This document shows positions 40,059 through 54,955 of a stretch of DNA of 64,000 nt, piece by piece (position 1 is the first letter of the stretch; each line of letters begins with the position of its first letter). The translations under genes were made by a program, and so were the position numbers. Source of the DNA: the human T2T-CHM13v2.0 reference genome, Homo sapiens; the NCBI RefSeq assembly GCF_009914755.1, contig NC_060926.1; one strand, written 5' to 3'. Below the pieces are notes generated by a model that worked only from the letters and a program-made list of their open reading frames with translations, did not search any database and had not been told where the DNA came from.

Positions 40059-40338
40059 CTTCATTTAGGAAGTGAGGGTACGAAGCCCACTCGGAGGCTA
40101 AAGACACTACCACTACCCAAACTCCCAAACAAAGAATAAGAAGGTCTTCCCTCCAGGGGCACCAGTACCCACACCAACTGTCCCAACTGTCCTACAAGGG
40201 TTTGTTCAATTATTTAAGAGATGAGGTCTCAGAATATCTTTCTGGGAATAAATGGCCCTTTAGGTCGCTAGTGATAAAAACCAATTCACACTAGTTTAGG
40301 CAAAAAATAAAAATAAAAAAAGCCAACATTATTAGCAT

Positions 40339-40610
40339 AGGTGCACAATCTCATTTCAGTTCTGATATCCAAAGAGCTCTGAAAACCAAATGTTTTTTTC
40401 CAAGCTTGGGGCTGACTCTTTAGGTGGCAAACCTGACCTGAATTGATTGCAGCTATTATGATCTTGGTTCATCTTAGTGTGAATAGCCAGAGGCTTCACT
40501 GTAGAAATATGAAAGGCTCTGATTGTGAGGTGTTATCCCAGATCTTTCTAGGGTATTATAATACGTAAAATGTATATTCCTCCAAAACACCTTTCTTTCA
40601 AAGGGTTATC
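40339..40610. mobile_element. Possible old Tigger-family DNA transposon fragment
   Basis: Begins 'aggtgcacaatc...tccaaagagctctgaaaacc', resembling old Tigger termini; no second end identified. Confidence 0.35.
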
Positions 40611-41891
40611 TCAAAACAAAAAAAATTGGCTACTCAAAAGGTAAACTGAAAAAAACAAAAAACCTGATTTCCATTTTTAATAGTTGTATTTTAGTAGTAA
40701 TTTTGTTGTTGAAGGTTTTGTTGTTTGGTTTTGGATTTTTTTTTTCAATTTATACCTATAAAGGTTTTTGGGTGTTTTTTTAAGTCTTAAGACTGAGTAC
40801 AGTAAAATTACTGGTAATCCGTTAATCTATTTTATCACTTTGAGCTGACTGTATGTTGAGTTTTCTTGCCCCCTTCCTAATTTTTTTTAGGCCTGGATCA
40901 GTTCTTTAAAGAACTGACTCTATGTCTTCTGACATATGTATAATGGTGAGATAAATTAACTTAAAATCTATAATGAAAGATCATGGTGAAAAAAATATGA
41001 TAATAAAACTTTCATTTAGAAATGGCTTCTCACCCAGAGCCATTCATATCAGCTACATATAATTCACTAGTTATCTTAGCTGGTCAGAATCATATTTCCA
41101 GTTGCATGTGAAGTCATAAAGCAGAAATCCGATTAGCCTCTCTCTTAACAGAGCCCAAAGCTATTAATAATAAATCCAAGAGACATAGTTTAATTAAAAA
41201 AAAAGCTAGAAATTATTGTCAGACAGAAATCACCTAATAAAAAAGTAATTTATAATGTACACCCTAATTAATAATTTACCTCCTAGGGTGAAAAAATATC
41301 AAGAGTAATTACAATTAGAACACACTATTTCTTTTTTAACAATAATAGGATAATACTCAGAAGCTAGGGGAATATCAAGTAACAAATTCAACTGCTGCTA
41401 TCATTCCATTCTGTCAAAACTTATGCTTAATTTTTAATGCTTTTCTTTTAAACACAGAGGTTCCTTTGCCTCAGCTCACAGTCCGCTACACTGGTCATTG
41501 TGACTTCATAAGTGTTAAAAACTTCTAAACATAGTCTGGTATAATTCTATCTAAAAGAGATATCCACTAATTTAAAAGAATTTGAGAAACAAGAACCGAA
41601 TGCTTAAAGCTTAGATGAAAAATTTAAATTGGCTTAAATTAGGCCACATTAAATTACTAATCTAGAATCAATTTCTGATTAAACAAGAGACTTCAAGGAA
41701 GGAGATTAAATACAAACAACCTTCCCCAGACAATAAACATTATAAGAACAGGAATTTGATGCATAGTTTTCATTCATATCCCCAGCCTCTCACATAGTGC
41801 CTGGCAAAAATTATACACTTAAATATTATATTTTGGTTAAGTAAATGAATGATTAAAGAATGACAGAAAAATATATGTGAATATAAACAGC

Positions 41892-42331
41892 TGTGGTGGG
41901 TGCTCCAATGAGCTTTCCAGATCTCCCTTAATGAAAAGGACTTCCTCTCCCCAGCTGGGGGCAGATGCTGCTGGCTGATACCTCTCAGTGGGTAGCCCTC
42001 TTCATGGTTCTATTTATCAGTGAAGAGGCCACCTCACCCAAGATCACACCTTTTTCCCAGGATGGCCTACATCCAGGAATAGATATATGTAGCTGTAAAA
42101 GGCCCAGCCTCCCCAACCCCAACTCTGGAAAGGTGATCCTTGCTTCCAAATTCCCTATAGGGTTGTCTGAGAAATCAGCTGAAATTGCATCATAGCTCAA
42201 TTTCTTCCCTCTGCCCAGTTCTGCCTTCTTCCATTTTCTTTGAATATGTTGATACCAAGAGAACTCCCTAATAAATCTGTTTGTTCATCTCCATTCCAGA
42301 GTCTGCTTCCCAGGGAACCCAACCTGTGACC
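41892..42331 (+). mobile_element. LTR16-like ERVL solo LTR
   Basis: Ends 'ccctaataaatc...cagagtctgcttcccagggaacccaacctgtgac', typical of LTR16. Confidence 0.75.
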
Positions 42332-42589
42332 AGATGTACCCTTTAGTTGAGAAAATTAAAGATTTAGAAAAATAAAATATTTTTAAGACATAATGCCCTA
42401 AGTCCTTTTGTCAATTACTGAATTTACAACTAAATTTAGTGAGTCAGTGAAGAAAGACTGGAGACGGCTGATTTCAGTTGAGACAGACAAAAATCATCAC
42501 AGGCAGATAATCAGGCAATGCCATGTTGTTGGAAGTCAGTCTTGAAAACAAGTGTGAACCTAATTTGTCTCCTTGATGTGTGGCAGAAG

Positions 42590-42805
42590 TGGTACATCAA
42601 AGGATTATTGCATGGTCATCAACAACATGGAATTAGATGTCAAATGAAACTGCATTGGAATTCCTTATCTACAACTTATTGGTTCAGTGACCTTGGGCAA
42701 GTTACTTACCTTTCTAAGCCTCAATAATGGAGATGATAATACATAAAGTTATTGCAAAATACTTAACAAAGTAGCTAGCATATAGTATGCACTCACTAAA
42801 TGGCA
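42590..42805 (+). mobile_element. MIR SINE
   Basis: 'gtgaccttgggcaagttacttacctttctaagcctca...agcatatagtatgcactcactaaatg'. Confidence 0.75.
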
Positions 42806-43473
42806 GACATACTTAATTTTTTAAAATATTGATTGCTAAGAAAGCAGAAAGATGATATCCTTCCACTCTCAGTCTCCCAACCTGAAAACTAAATGACTTC
42901 TATTATTGACAAGAAGAAAAATAATCCTCTACACCCTGGTTATCAGCACTCGGAAATGAGAACACTGAGTATTCACAAAGAAATTGAGGAAGAGGTATGG
43001 GAAGAACTTCAAACCTGTTTGCTTCTTGAAGGATAAGTAATGCATGGAGTATGCCCATTTGGGGACATACTGTCAAATATAGTACATGTCTTTTGGAATA
43101 TGGACTGAGCTTTTATACTCACATACAAAGAGTATGGACCAGCTCATCTTCATTGAAGATCTTGTCACTAAAACTAAGCATAGGAGACTTGCAACTTCCA
43201 CCATGACACAAAAAAGGCAGTCAAAAAAATCCTCTGTCCCAAAAGCAAATATAAAGATGGATAATACACTAAAATGCAACCATCTCAGCACTCTGGAATT
43301 TGACCAGAGACATACAACAAACGGAGATGCATTTATTCCTGAAAACCACTTAACTTTGGATAAGAACAGCGCACATCTCTGGAATTTTGCCTGGGGTAAC
43401 TACCATCCCTCCTTCAGCTCTCAGCCCAGTAGATGAACCAGAGTGGGTCAGGCTGTGAAAATAATATGCTTTC

Positions 43474-43527
43474 CTGATGCTGCTTCTGCTGCTGCTGTTT
43501 CTGTTGCTGCTACTGCTGTTGCTGCTG
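43474..43527 (+). repeat. Imperfect (CTG)n tract, 18 triplets
   Basis: ctgatgctgcttctgctgctgctgtttctgttgctgctactgctgttgctgctg. Confidence 0.85.
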
Positions 43528-43547
43528 CAGAGAACTCACTTGATTTA

Positions 43548-43922
<375 letters not shown>

Positions 43923-45637
43923 AAGAAGATCTTGGTGGCAAGAGAGGGCCAGAGCTACAGTAGCCTGATGTAATTGGCTTCTTTGAGGCAAAATAATGGA
44001 CTGGCAGACTAGCCAGAGTTTTAACAGAGAGTTGTGGAAAATGAGACATCTAAAGTGGACATGATAAACTCTTCAAATATCCTGGATTGATCAGAAGTTA
44101 TGCTACTCACACATTCCTGGTTGACATAGCTGAATTGAAGCACATGAAAAGGAGATTAAAGAAAGCCCAGAAGAAAGTAAAAGCTGGTGCAGGCTTGAAA
44201 ATGGCCTGAAGTTTCAATACACTCCCCTGGCCTACACACAGGCCTATCAACAGAGAATTGAAACTATACTGGCTCAAGGTGTTCAAATACAACTTCTGAC
44301 CAATAGTTGGCTGAACAATAAACCATGTTGACACAGATATGACTCCTAGGAAGCCAGGCTTAAAAATAAAAACAAGAAAAAATAAAACTGAGTAGAGGCA
44401 TCTGGGGCCATACATTTCAGAGCAGACAGACTACAGATTTGGTCCAAGCAAGCTATTAAACAAACAATAATAAATACCTCAGAGGAAAAGGTCACAATTC
44501 AGAGTTGCTAAAGCAGATACCTACGATGTTTGGTATTCAACAAAAAGAAATTACGAGACATGCAAAGAAATAAGAAATTATGACTCATACTCAGGGGAAA
44601 ATAGCAGTCAATAGAAAACTGTCTGAGAGAATGCAGATATTGGATTTAGCAGAAAAAAGCTTGAAAGCAGTTCTTATAAATATGTTTAAAGAACTAAAGA
44701 AAACTTTGTTTAAAGAATTAAAGGAAAATAGGATGGCAATGTTTGAGCAAAAAAGAGCATCTCAATAAAGAGATACATATTATAAATGAACCAAATAAAA
44801 CTCTGGAGATGAAAAGTACAGAAACTGAAATGAACAATTCTTTAGAGGGTTTCAACAGAAGATGTGACATGGCAGAAAAATATGGAAACTTGAAGATAGA
44901 TCAATAGAAATTATACAATCTGAAGAACAGAGAGAAAAAAAAGGTAGTAGAACAATGAAAAGAGCCTCAAAGACCTGTTGGTGCGCAGTATTAAACACAG
45001 CAACATATATGTAAAGGGAGCTTCAGAAGTAGAGGAGACAAAGAGACAGATAAAATTTGAAGATATGATGGGCAAAAAGTCCCAAAATTGAGAAAAACAT
45101 TAACCTGCATATTCAGGAAGCTCAATAAACCCCAAGTAAGACCAACACAAAAAGATCTACGTATAGAAGCATTAGAGTCAGACTGCTGGATGACAAACAC
45201 AAGCAGAAAATCTTGAAAGCATCAGGAGAGAAATGCCTCATCTTGTACAGGTAAACCCAATGCAACTAATGACTAAACAATGGAGGCCAAAAAATAGTGG
45301 AATGTCAAAGTATTAAATTTATTGAATAGTACTCTTGCCATGTGTGAATTTTATGGCAGATAAACAATAATTCAATAAAGCTGTTTAAACAAAAACAACT
45401 GAAGAGTGAAAGATCACGGCACAGAAATACTTGAACCACGTATGAAAGTATTCTGTCACTCCCATTCTCTCCTTTTATTTCCTCTTTCCCTTTTTCGATT
45501 CCCCCTTTTCCTTTATCCTCCATCACCATCTTTTCCTTCTCTCAGGCAGTGCCATCTGTGGCAGCTATAATCCATGGAGATTGCTCAGGCCCAGAAAAAT
45601 AGAGAGGCTCCAAACCCTATCTTTGAGTGATAGATAT

Positions 45638-45717
45638 TCTCCCATCCAAGTACTAACCAGGCCTGACCCTGCTTAGCTTCTGAAATCAGGCATGTTTAGG
45701 GTGGTATGGCCATAGAC
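45638..45717 (-). pseudogene. RNA5SP: 5S rRNA retropseudogene (nt 1 to about 90, tailless, 10-nt internal deletion)
   Basis: Reverse complement reads gtctatggccataccaccct...gaagctaagcagggtcaggcctggttagtacttggatgggaga; 17-bp TSD at 45624-45640 and 45718-45734. Confidence 0.95.
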
Positions 45718-46454
45718 TGAGCATTAGATATTCTGAAATCAGCCTTCTCTGTGTTGATCATTCCCCTTTCTTTCTTAGAGAAAAAATTGTATTTCCATTG
45801 AGCAGTCTGACTTTATAAATCTTTATAAAAAAAGCACAAAAGAGGCAAGTTGGATATCCAAAAGTACAATTTCAGGATGCCTAGCATTCAAGGACAGCTT
45901 AAGAAATTTACTTGGCTTTGGCTCCACAATTTGGCACAGCAGTAATTTTTATGTAAACCTAGATGCCTCAACATAATGGTCAACTGTTCACAGTATGCTT
46001 TTGTTATTTATGCTGATATTTTATATGGAAAAAACTTGATTTACTTCTATGCATTAATTTGAAGCAAGTTTTAGAGAAAGAATTCCTTGAAAATCACCAC
46101 ATACTACAGGCAGCCTCTTTCTCTAAGATTAGTCAGATACAGGGGAAATTGGGCAGCTTTTTAAAATTAACACTGAAAATGACAGATAGGGGCTAGCATC
46201 AGGTGGGAAAAGTTACACAATGTTCTTGGAGCCTGGTGATGTTACTGTACTGGCTAAGCTGGTACACTTAGTTGGTGCAGTATGCTACAAGGACATTCAA
46301 ATTAAGCTCCTTTTTACAGTGCCGAAAGGACATAATGTGATGCAGGCTTCACAAAACAAACTTTTATCAAAAGTGAAATATCAATTATTAGAATTCGACC
46401 CAAGCCAGCAGCTTGATCTGGTGGGGAAATCTAAGGCAGCAGGCCCTGATAGCA

Positions 46455-46600
46455 AAGCCTTGGGCTGAAAATCAAGAATTCATTCTGGTTCTACTGCTAA
46501 GCAGTTAAATAACCTAAAACACGGCATTTACATTCTTTGGACCTCAGTTTTCTCATCTGTAAAATGAAGGCTTTAGACCATCTACCCTAGGTCCCCTTTC
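46455..46600 (+). mobile_element. MIR SINE
   Basis: 'ggacctcagttttctcatctgtaaaatgaagg' core. Confidence 0.75.
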
Positions 46601-48739
46601 AAGCTTAACTAGAAATGAAGCATATAAAATAGTCACCAAATCCAACTCAATTTTGTTAATTTCTAATTCAGAAATCATTTTTTAAATGTTTGCCCAGTAC
46701 TGGATGTTACCATCCCTGAACAATCTGGCAGATGATGATCATGAGGGCTCCAAAGATACCAGGGAACAACTTGTTATAAAAATTTACCAAATTATTTGTG
46801 TTATTAAGGAACTTTCAAAGCCAAGTCATAACTAGATATGAAAGAGCTTGAGATTAGCATCCATAAAAATGCCTTCTTCCAGACATCTTTTTGTGTGTGT
46901 AATCGTGTCTGGAATTTCATCACAAGATATTCAAAATATTCCACCCACTTTCCACGGAATTGTTAGAAGGTTTAGTCAGATATGAAGCAGGGATCAATTT
47001 ACCAGCCTTTTCTACTCAGGTTATTCACCGCTTTTGTGCCTAACAAAATTTACCCCCTTATGCTTCCAACATTTTTTTGGAATGAATTTTCCTACCCCAG
47101 AAGGAAACTGCAGAGTGCAAACACACAGAGGTAGAGGGTCTACCCAAAGATGTTCTATTTCACTTCCAACAGATAGTCAATGTTGAGTGAAGAGAAAGCA
47201 GACAACAGATGAGGAGAAAATGAGAAAAAGAGCATAAATTTACAAATTGAGAATCTGGTCAGTCTGCTCCCTACCCTGAGTAATAATCTTACCATCAGAT
47301 CCCTATTGCCTCCTATTCTCCCTGAGTCAAAGCTCCTATTTTTGTGTTTTTCTTCAGCAACTTACTGCTAAGAGATTTATGTTTTAAGCTATCTATTTCC
47401 CTGAATCAATTGATAGAAATTCTTTAATTTGCATTAGCTCTAGTCTAGTCCTGGGAACCTGTCCAGTAAAACAGGAACAGGGAAATTTGCATCTGGGCTC
47501 ACCGATTTCTCACAATTTAATCAGCAGGTGAAAGAGAATAATCTTGTAAAATACACATTATCTTTAGATGTTCTTTGGTTATCAATAAACAAACTCTTCA
47601 AGGATTACATCTGACAATAAGCATTGTTTGCTTCACTTTACAGCTCCTTAGAGTAGCAAAGTTGCAACAAGCTAGTAAGAAAACAATGATTTATTTCGGC
47701 AAATAGTTATCTTCTTTCTCTAAACCATCTCTCTAATATCCCTATTAATTTTTTTCTACACAAATTCAATTATTAATAAATCAACAAGAAATAAATTCCT
47801 TTCATTAATCATTCCCACCAGCCTCCCAGACTCAATGTTATTTTACTACTGTAGATTTTTATTGACTGTATTCATTCTCTCCAAGAATCAGGAATAAAGG
47901 TTAAACTGAAGATGCACAACAACTGGACATAATTCAGGGATGCTGTGCTTGAAACTTTTCATGGTCACACCTCCCCTCTTTGCCTGACCAAAGCTTACTT
48001 ATATCACTTCTTATGGTGGGAAGGATAGACTGCCATCTGTGATTTTTAATGAAAGATGATCCCAAGCCATAAGATGCAGCTAACCCTTACCACAGCAGCT
48101 GGGCTCTGTCTCCAAAGAGAGTTATAGAAGAATTGTTGCATGCATAGCATTGCTTTGGAAGAATCTGATTAGATACAGTGTGGTAATCAAAAATGTGAAC
48201 AAGCACAGTACAACTTCAGAAAGTGAGATTTACTATTCTATTTTCAGTTCCACATTCTTTCTAGATTACAAGTAGAAAGCCATTGTCTCTAACTTTCACA
48301 GAAGCAAGTTATTTTACATTGTCTATCTAGAAGTAAATGTATGGAAGGAGAAAAATTTAATGGAGGTGTGAAAATTAAAGCCAAGTTTATTCCTCCATCA
48401 CTGCCCCTAAAGAAGGGACAGAGTAGAAGGGGCCCTATACAGGTAGAATACATATTCTTTGTAAGAGCATAAGTTCAGAAAGGAATGAGAGGAAAACTGA
48501 GATCTTGTGAGGCAGAAGAAGAAAAGTAACATGTGTAATGAATTTAACGAATTTAAGAGTAACTAAAGTTTTCCCACAATGTTCCTTGAAACAAAGCTCA
48601 AAAAGTCACACCATTTTAGAAGATCACAGAAAAGGAGAAAAAAAAAAAAAAAAAAAAAACCCTGGCAAATGCAAGGATAGCAAATGAAGGAACCTACAGA
48701 ACCCAGGAAATTGGTTGTGATTTGAGAATGCAAAACCCC

Positions 48740-48899
48740 TTGGCACCAGATCTTTCCATTTGTTAAGAAATGTTAAAAATCTTACATGAAATTTCCTGAC
48801 TTTTAAAAGGACATGTAGCCCAAAAAAGAAAAAAAAAAAAAAAAAAAAAAACCTGTGTACCTTAGATTTAAACCATGAGCCACCAGTTTGCAACCCTCT
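48740..48899. mobile_element. Possible hAT-Charlie MER fragment containing a poly(A) run
   Basis: 'tacatgaaatttcctgacttttaaaa...ccaccagtttgcaaccctct' resembles MER102-type ends. Confidence 0.35.
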
Positions 48900-51504
48900 C
48901 ATTTCACAAAGTGAGTACACTAAGACTCAAGGAGTTTAAACTCAGCATCAAATAGTTACCTGTGGGCAAATCCTGATACCAATTCTGTGTTCTGTCCATG
49001 TCCTTCAGCAACTGGATTACCCTAAATATGTCAACAATATGAAGACTATGGAAAAGAAAAAGTAAAACTACAGGTGATAAGGACCCTTCCATTTTCCCAT
49101 ATTAGCTACCCAATTTGTAGTTAATGCTGCTGAAGAAAAGAACCTAAGCCTTCCTAACAGGACTAGGCTACAAGAAGCAAGATGCTTACAATGTGCAGCC
49201 ATGGATCTTTTCAGAGATATGCAGGGATACACAGGCACTTCTCAGATTAGAATCTGACTCAAGGAGTATAAATCATCTTCTTCTAGGATTGTGACACTTT
49301 CTCAAAATGACAAGCATGTTGACATAAGGCAATAAACACAACTGACCAGTACTTTTCTATGAAGATTTTACTCATTAATGCCTTGAAATAACAAACACTA
49401 TTTTAAAACATTTAAAAATAACTCATACTGCAGTATTTACTTGTTCCTGTTGAGAACTGCAAACAAAAAAAATAGACACTCATGGAGACTTGCCTGAGTA
49501 TACTATGTCTTTCAATAAAATCAGGACCAGTTCTCTAAGGTCAGAGGTAAAATCTACAAAACTTTAACAAAACAAAATAATGCAAACTAAGAGGGATATT
49601 TCATGCCTTTAAAAAATGTTCTATGTAAGAATGTTATTGTGATATTGTGACTTGCATCTTACAAGAATATAGAATGCATTATGTATGCATAATAGATTTG
49701 CAATAAAGATGAAGACTGATACTGAACAACTTTCCCTTAAAGAAACCTTCAGCCATGGGCTCTAAGATCTGAGAATTTAAGTCTATGAATACAAATCAAA
49801 AATTTTCATGTTAAATGCAAATATTCCTTTTGCAAATAAGATTTGATACATGTAATACATAGATATTTAATATATTTTTATAATAAAGTTGAATCAAAGC
49901 ATGGCTTGGCACATCCACTGACTGAAATTCTTTCATCTAGCTAAGAAGAATTCCTTTACAGAAGAGTTGATTAATTTCTTTTCAAATGTTACTATCTAGG
50001 TGGTCTGTTTTCTGCAACTCCATAGTCTCTGAAGACTCTGGAAGTATGAAATAAATCATACTTACCAAAGAACATACAACTAAATATCCTCTTATGTTAT
50101 CAAAAGGAATCAAATTAGAACAGGAGCACACTGTAAACAGCTGGTCACATGATCAGACATTAAACTAGGAGGTCATTTTGTTAGGACGTAGGAGCTTTAA
50201 AAAGATCTAAGAACACAGGAAACTGAACCAATAACTAAATACTACCATGATCTCATGCTTCATTTTGGGAAACAGTGTAGAGGCAATAAAGAGAATTTTA
50301 GGACTATTTTAGATACAAGTATGCAAGGATGGTGAGCTTGCTGTCTGCAAAGGAGCTAACTGCTCCCTTATAAATGTCAGAACCAACTTAAGAAGGATCT
50401 GGGCCAATATAACATCATCTCAAAAAATAACAGCTATTATTATAGATCATACTGCAAATGGTGTTTTGAATCATGCCATCCATACCAAATTAAGTTTGCA
50501 AAAGGTAAATTATGTAATTCTATAACACTTCAGTGGCATACAGGTTCTTAAGACCCACTATTTACATAGGCAAGAAATGTTGGGCCACTATTTTTTTATT
50601 GTATTTCTTATAGTGAGAAATAATTTTGCTCTTCCAAATGTGCCATACTTTTTAAATGAACATAAAAATTCCAACCTTATATTATAGCATTTGTCATCTC
50701 TCACGTACACATTCCTTAAAGGCAGGAACAAGATTTATTCATCTTTATATTTCTTACCATCTAATGGTACTTTTCACGTGTATATTTAAAACATGTTTAT
50801 AAGTTGCTATTCATGAAAACTCCCTTTCGTTTACCCACTCAATTTGCTATTCATTCAGATAATTCACATTTTTAAAGATTAAAATATAAAATTTGTGGTA
50901 TTGCTTCATATGCTTTTTTTGATACACTTTTATCAGTTAAGTGTTTTTTAAACCAAGTTTTCTGCAATTCTATGAAGCATGTTTTCTCCCTTGACATTCC
51001 TAGATTTAGTGTTGCAATTAAGGGAAAATAAAATACTGGTTTAAATGCTGTTTTATAACAGAAATATGGTCCTTAAATCTCTTCCCTACACGTAATGACA
51101 TATAAGAGTTCCATCATCTCATGGAGAACTTACAAGGGTTGCAATACCAACCTCTTGTGTCATGAAATTTAATCTCTTAATGTCTGGCCAAGTTTAAATT
51201 GGAGTACATCCACTATGTTTTCATAATCCAGGAAGATGCAAGCAGGAGTTCTGGGACCATTTATCTCCTCCTTCTTAGTTAATGGGGGTTCCTTTCCCCC
51301 GTTACCCTGAGAAATATCATTTGGCAAGGTCCTTAAGCCACTGCTGCTTTTGGATTTTCAGTTAGCAGCTTGAGCTGACAGTGTTAAATTCTGGCTGTGT
51401 TAGGGCAGAGACTGTGGCCACTCTCTGAGACTCACACTTCTGCTGATTGCCTACCTCATACATCTCCAGACCAATTTTCTAAGCAGCATATGGCAAAGAG
51501 AGAG

Positions 51505-51980
<476 letters not shown>

Positions 51981-52042
51981 TCAATCTCTTATGGCCATAA
52001 TTTTCTCATCTATTAAATGGGGACACTGTACAGATTAAACTA

Positions 52043-52412
<370 letters not shown>

Positions 52413-53109
52413 TTAGGTCAGGGAATTTAACTCTTGTCACTGTGATAGCCCAAGTGACCAGATCAGTGCCTGCCATGTTGTAGGCACCCAATAAATATTT
52501 GTAGAGTTATAAATATCAGTGGATGCTTTGACCAGGAGCAACATGAATATAAGTCCTTCTAATGGTGGGCTACATGAGTGCTAACCACAGAAATGATCCA
52601 ATAGTCTGCCTGTCTACTGAGCAGCACCAGCCACAACAGCTGTCCCACACTTTACATCTTGTCCACTTATCTCTGGTGCAATTTAACACTATGCCTATCT
52701 TGGAAATGTCCCATGGTCTTCCCCCCAAATCTCCTAACTACCTAGGCAGCAGTGTTAGAATTGTAGGAATGGTCTGGATTACCCCATTTTCAGTATCGTG
52801 CACCCACTTTTTCAGCGATGCTGCCAACTGCTGAGAATGACTTTGGCAATGGAGGAACAAAGACTCTTGTTTTCAGATGGCTGCCTGGCAAAGTTTATCA
52901 GATCTGGACCACCCCCATCACCCTCTTGGCATGAGGCACACATTGATCAAAAGTCCTGGATTATTTGAAGCAGATCCAATATCAAATTGTCTACTATGAG
53001 AAAGCATATTAAGTTAATTGTACTAATTTTTGCTTCCAGGTATGTATCTTCTCCCTTCCCTATTTACAATTCTTATTTAGGAAATTTAAGATATCATTTT
53101 ATTTCCCAA

Positions 53110-53357
53110 AGCATTTTCCCTAAAACCTAGTCCTCAGCAATCTTCTGTGAAGAGAGAATTTTTGTGGAAAATCATCTGGGGAGGATATTGGATACATAAT
53201 GAACATTACCATGTTAAAGGTTTTGATAAGTCCTGTAGAGAGGAAATCAACTTGTTTTTCTAGCGGTTCCCCAATCTTTTCACCCAGAAATATTTTTCTT
53301 TTCTGGGAACACTTACAAACACCCATGAAATGAAGGAACACATTTTGAGAAATGCTC
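53110..53357. mobile_element. MER112/MER113-like hAT-Charlie fragment
   Basis: Ends 'agcattttccc' ... 'ggaacacattttgagaaatgct'. Confidence 0.45.
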
Positions 53358-54704
53358 ATAAGTCAATTTTAATTGGGGGCAATGAAGGAAATACAACACA
53401 ATTTATGAAAAAGAGACAATCTTAAAATTCATACTGATAAAGACATTTTAACCATAAAATTTACCTATGAATAAACTTCATAGTCAGGAGGCAGCTCTAG
53501 CTTTGATAAATGCTAGCATTAAACTATTGAAAGCCTGGGCCCCACTGAGGCATGCTTTCTTTAGAAGGGAACAGTCTGTAACCTCAGCTATTACAGCCAA
53601 ATTTGAGGGTGTGGAGGGAGATGTGTTTGATAGATTAAAATAGTAAACTGCAACAGAGAAAAGGGCTTCTGACCAATGAGGGAAAATCTTCCAGGAGACA
53701 TGCGGACAGACCATCTTCTTCCTGCCCACATAACTCCCTACAGATTCACTTTAGATATGATCAAAAATTTTATTTTGTTTTGTTTTAAGTTTAGTTTAGA
53801 GCATGTATCCACATTGGAGGAAAACAAACATCCCAAATTTACCCCATTTGCTCCATTTGCACATGAGCAACAGAAAAAGTTTGAGTCAAAGATGAATGCA
53901 AATTGACAGAGGTCATGTGTGAAGTCAGAAATTATTTGTACTAGAGAATAATGTCCAAACAGGACTGATAACTTTATGGGCACACTGCCCCTGAGAGGTA
54001 GACATGGAGCCCGATGCCTGCAGAGGGATGTTCACAGGTCTCTTGACTGCTTAATACAACCATAAGTGGCTCTTGCCTTCTTCTGATTTGACCAAGGGGT
54101 GCTCTGTGGAGAATTAGGTAAACTGATTAGGTTAGCTGCCCTCTGTGGGTTGGGCATCAGGCACCCAGCCACCTACACTTTATTAACAGTTCTACAACCG
54201 ATCTTGAGGCAGCCAGAACTGAGTACCACTGCTCAGTTCGCACCCAGAAGATGCTTAATCTCTCTGGCAATGCAGAAAAAAGAAAGCAGGAAAAGACAAA
54301 AGGCCAAAAATAGCCAAAGCCAGAGGCACAAGATTCTTGCTTCTGTGGCAGACTCACCTGTCAGGTAGGAACTCCCTATGTGACTTGGTAATTGGTTGCA
54401 GGGGAGAACAGATCAGAGCTAGAGAGCTAGAGACTGAAACTGACTTTAAGTGAGACCAGTTTACAGAGTAGGGCTGACCATGGTGACGGTGAGCAGAGAG
54501 AAAACCAGAAGGCTTTTACAAGCCCCAAGAAAGTTTTTGTATAATAGTATAATACTATTCCTTGTAGCAAATTCACTGTAACCAAATGCCCAAAGACCAG
54601 TTTCTTAATGCCATGACATTTTAAGAAAAATATTTGTTTTGCAGAGTTCTTTGTTGCAACGTCTACCCGAAAGTTCCAACTGCATCTTCCCATCAGATAG
54701 CCAC

Positions 54705-54955
54705 TAATAACACTAACATCTATTGGGCCTTCATCACATGCCAGGCAACATGCTAAACACTGTAAGTACAGTAGCTCATTTACTCTTCACCACAACCCAA
54801 TGCAGTGAGTAAAGTTACTCTTCCTATACACAGAGAAAAGTGAAGGTTGGAGAAGTGACGTAACTTACTCAAAGGTACACTGCTAGCAAGCAAGCAATGG
54901 AGGCAGCATCAAGTTAGACCCTGTCTGACCAAAGTTCCTGCTCTTAACCACTGTG
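54705..54955 (-). mobile_element. MIR SINE
   Basis: 'taacatctattgggccttcatcacatgccaggca...gtaacttactcaaaggtacac...gctcttaaccactg'. Confidence 0.8.

Noticed and set aside
45678-45742. 12-mer ttctgaaatcag both inside the 5S pseudogene and just outside it
   Set aside because: The internal copy is explained by transitions from the 5S sequence. A short AT-rich match is weak evidence for local gene conversion.
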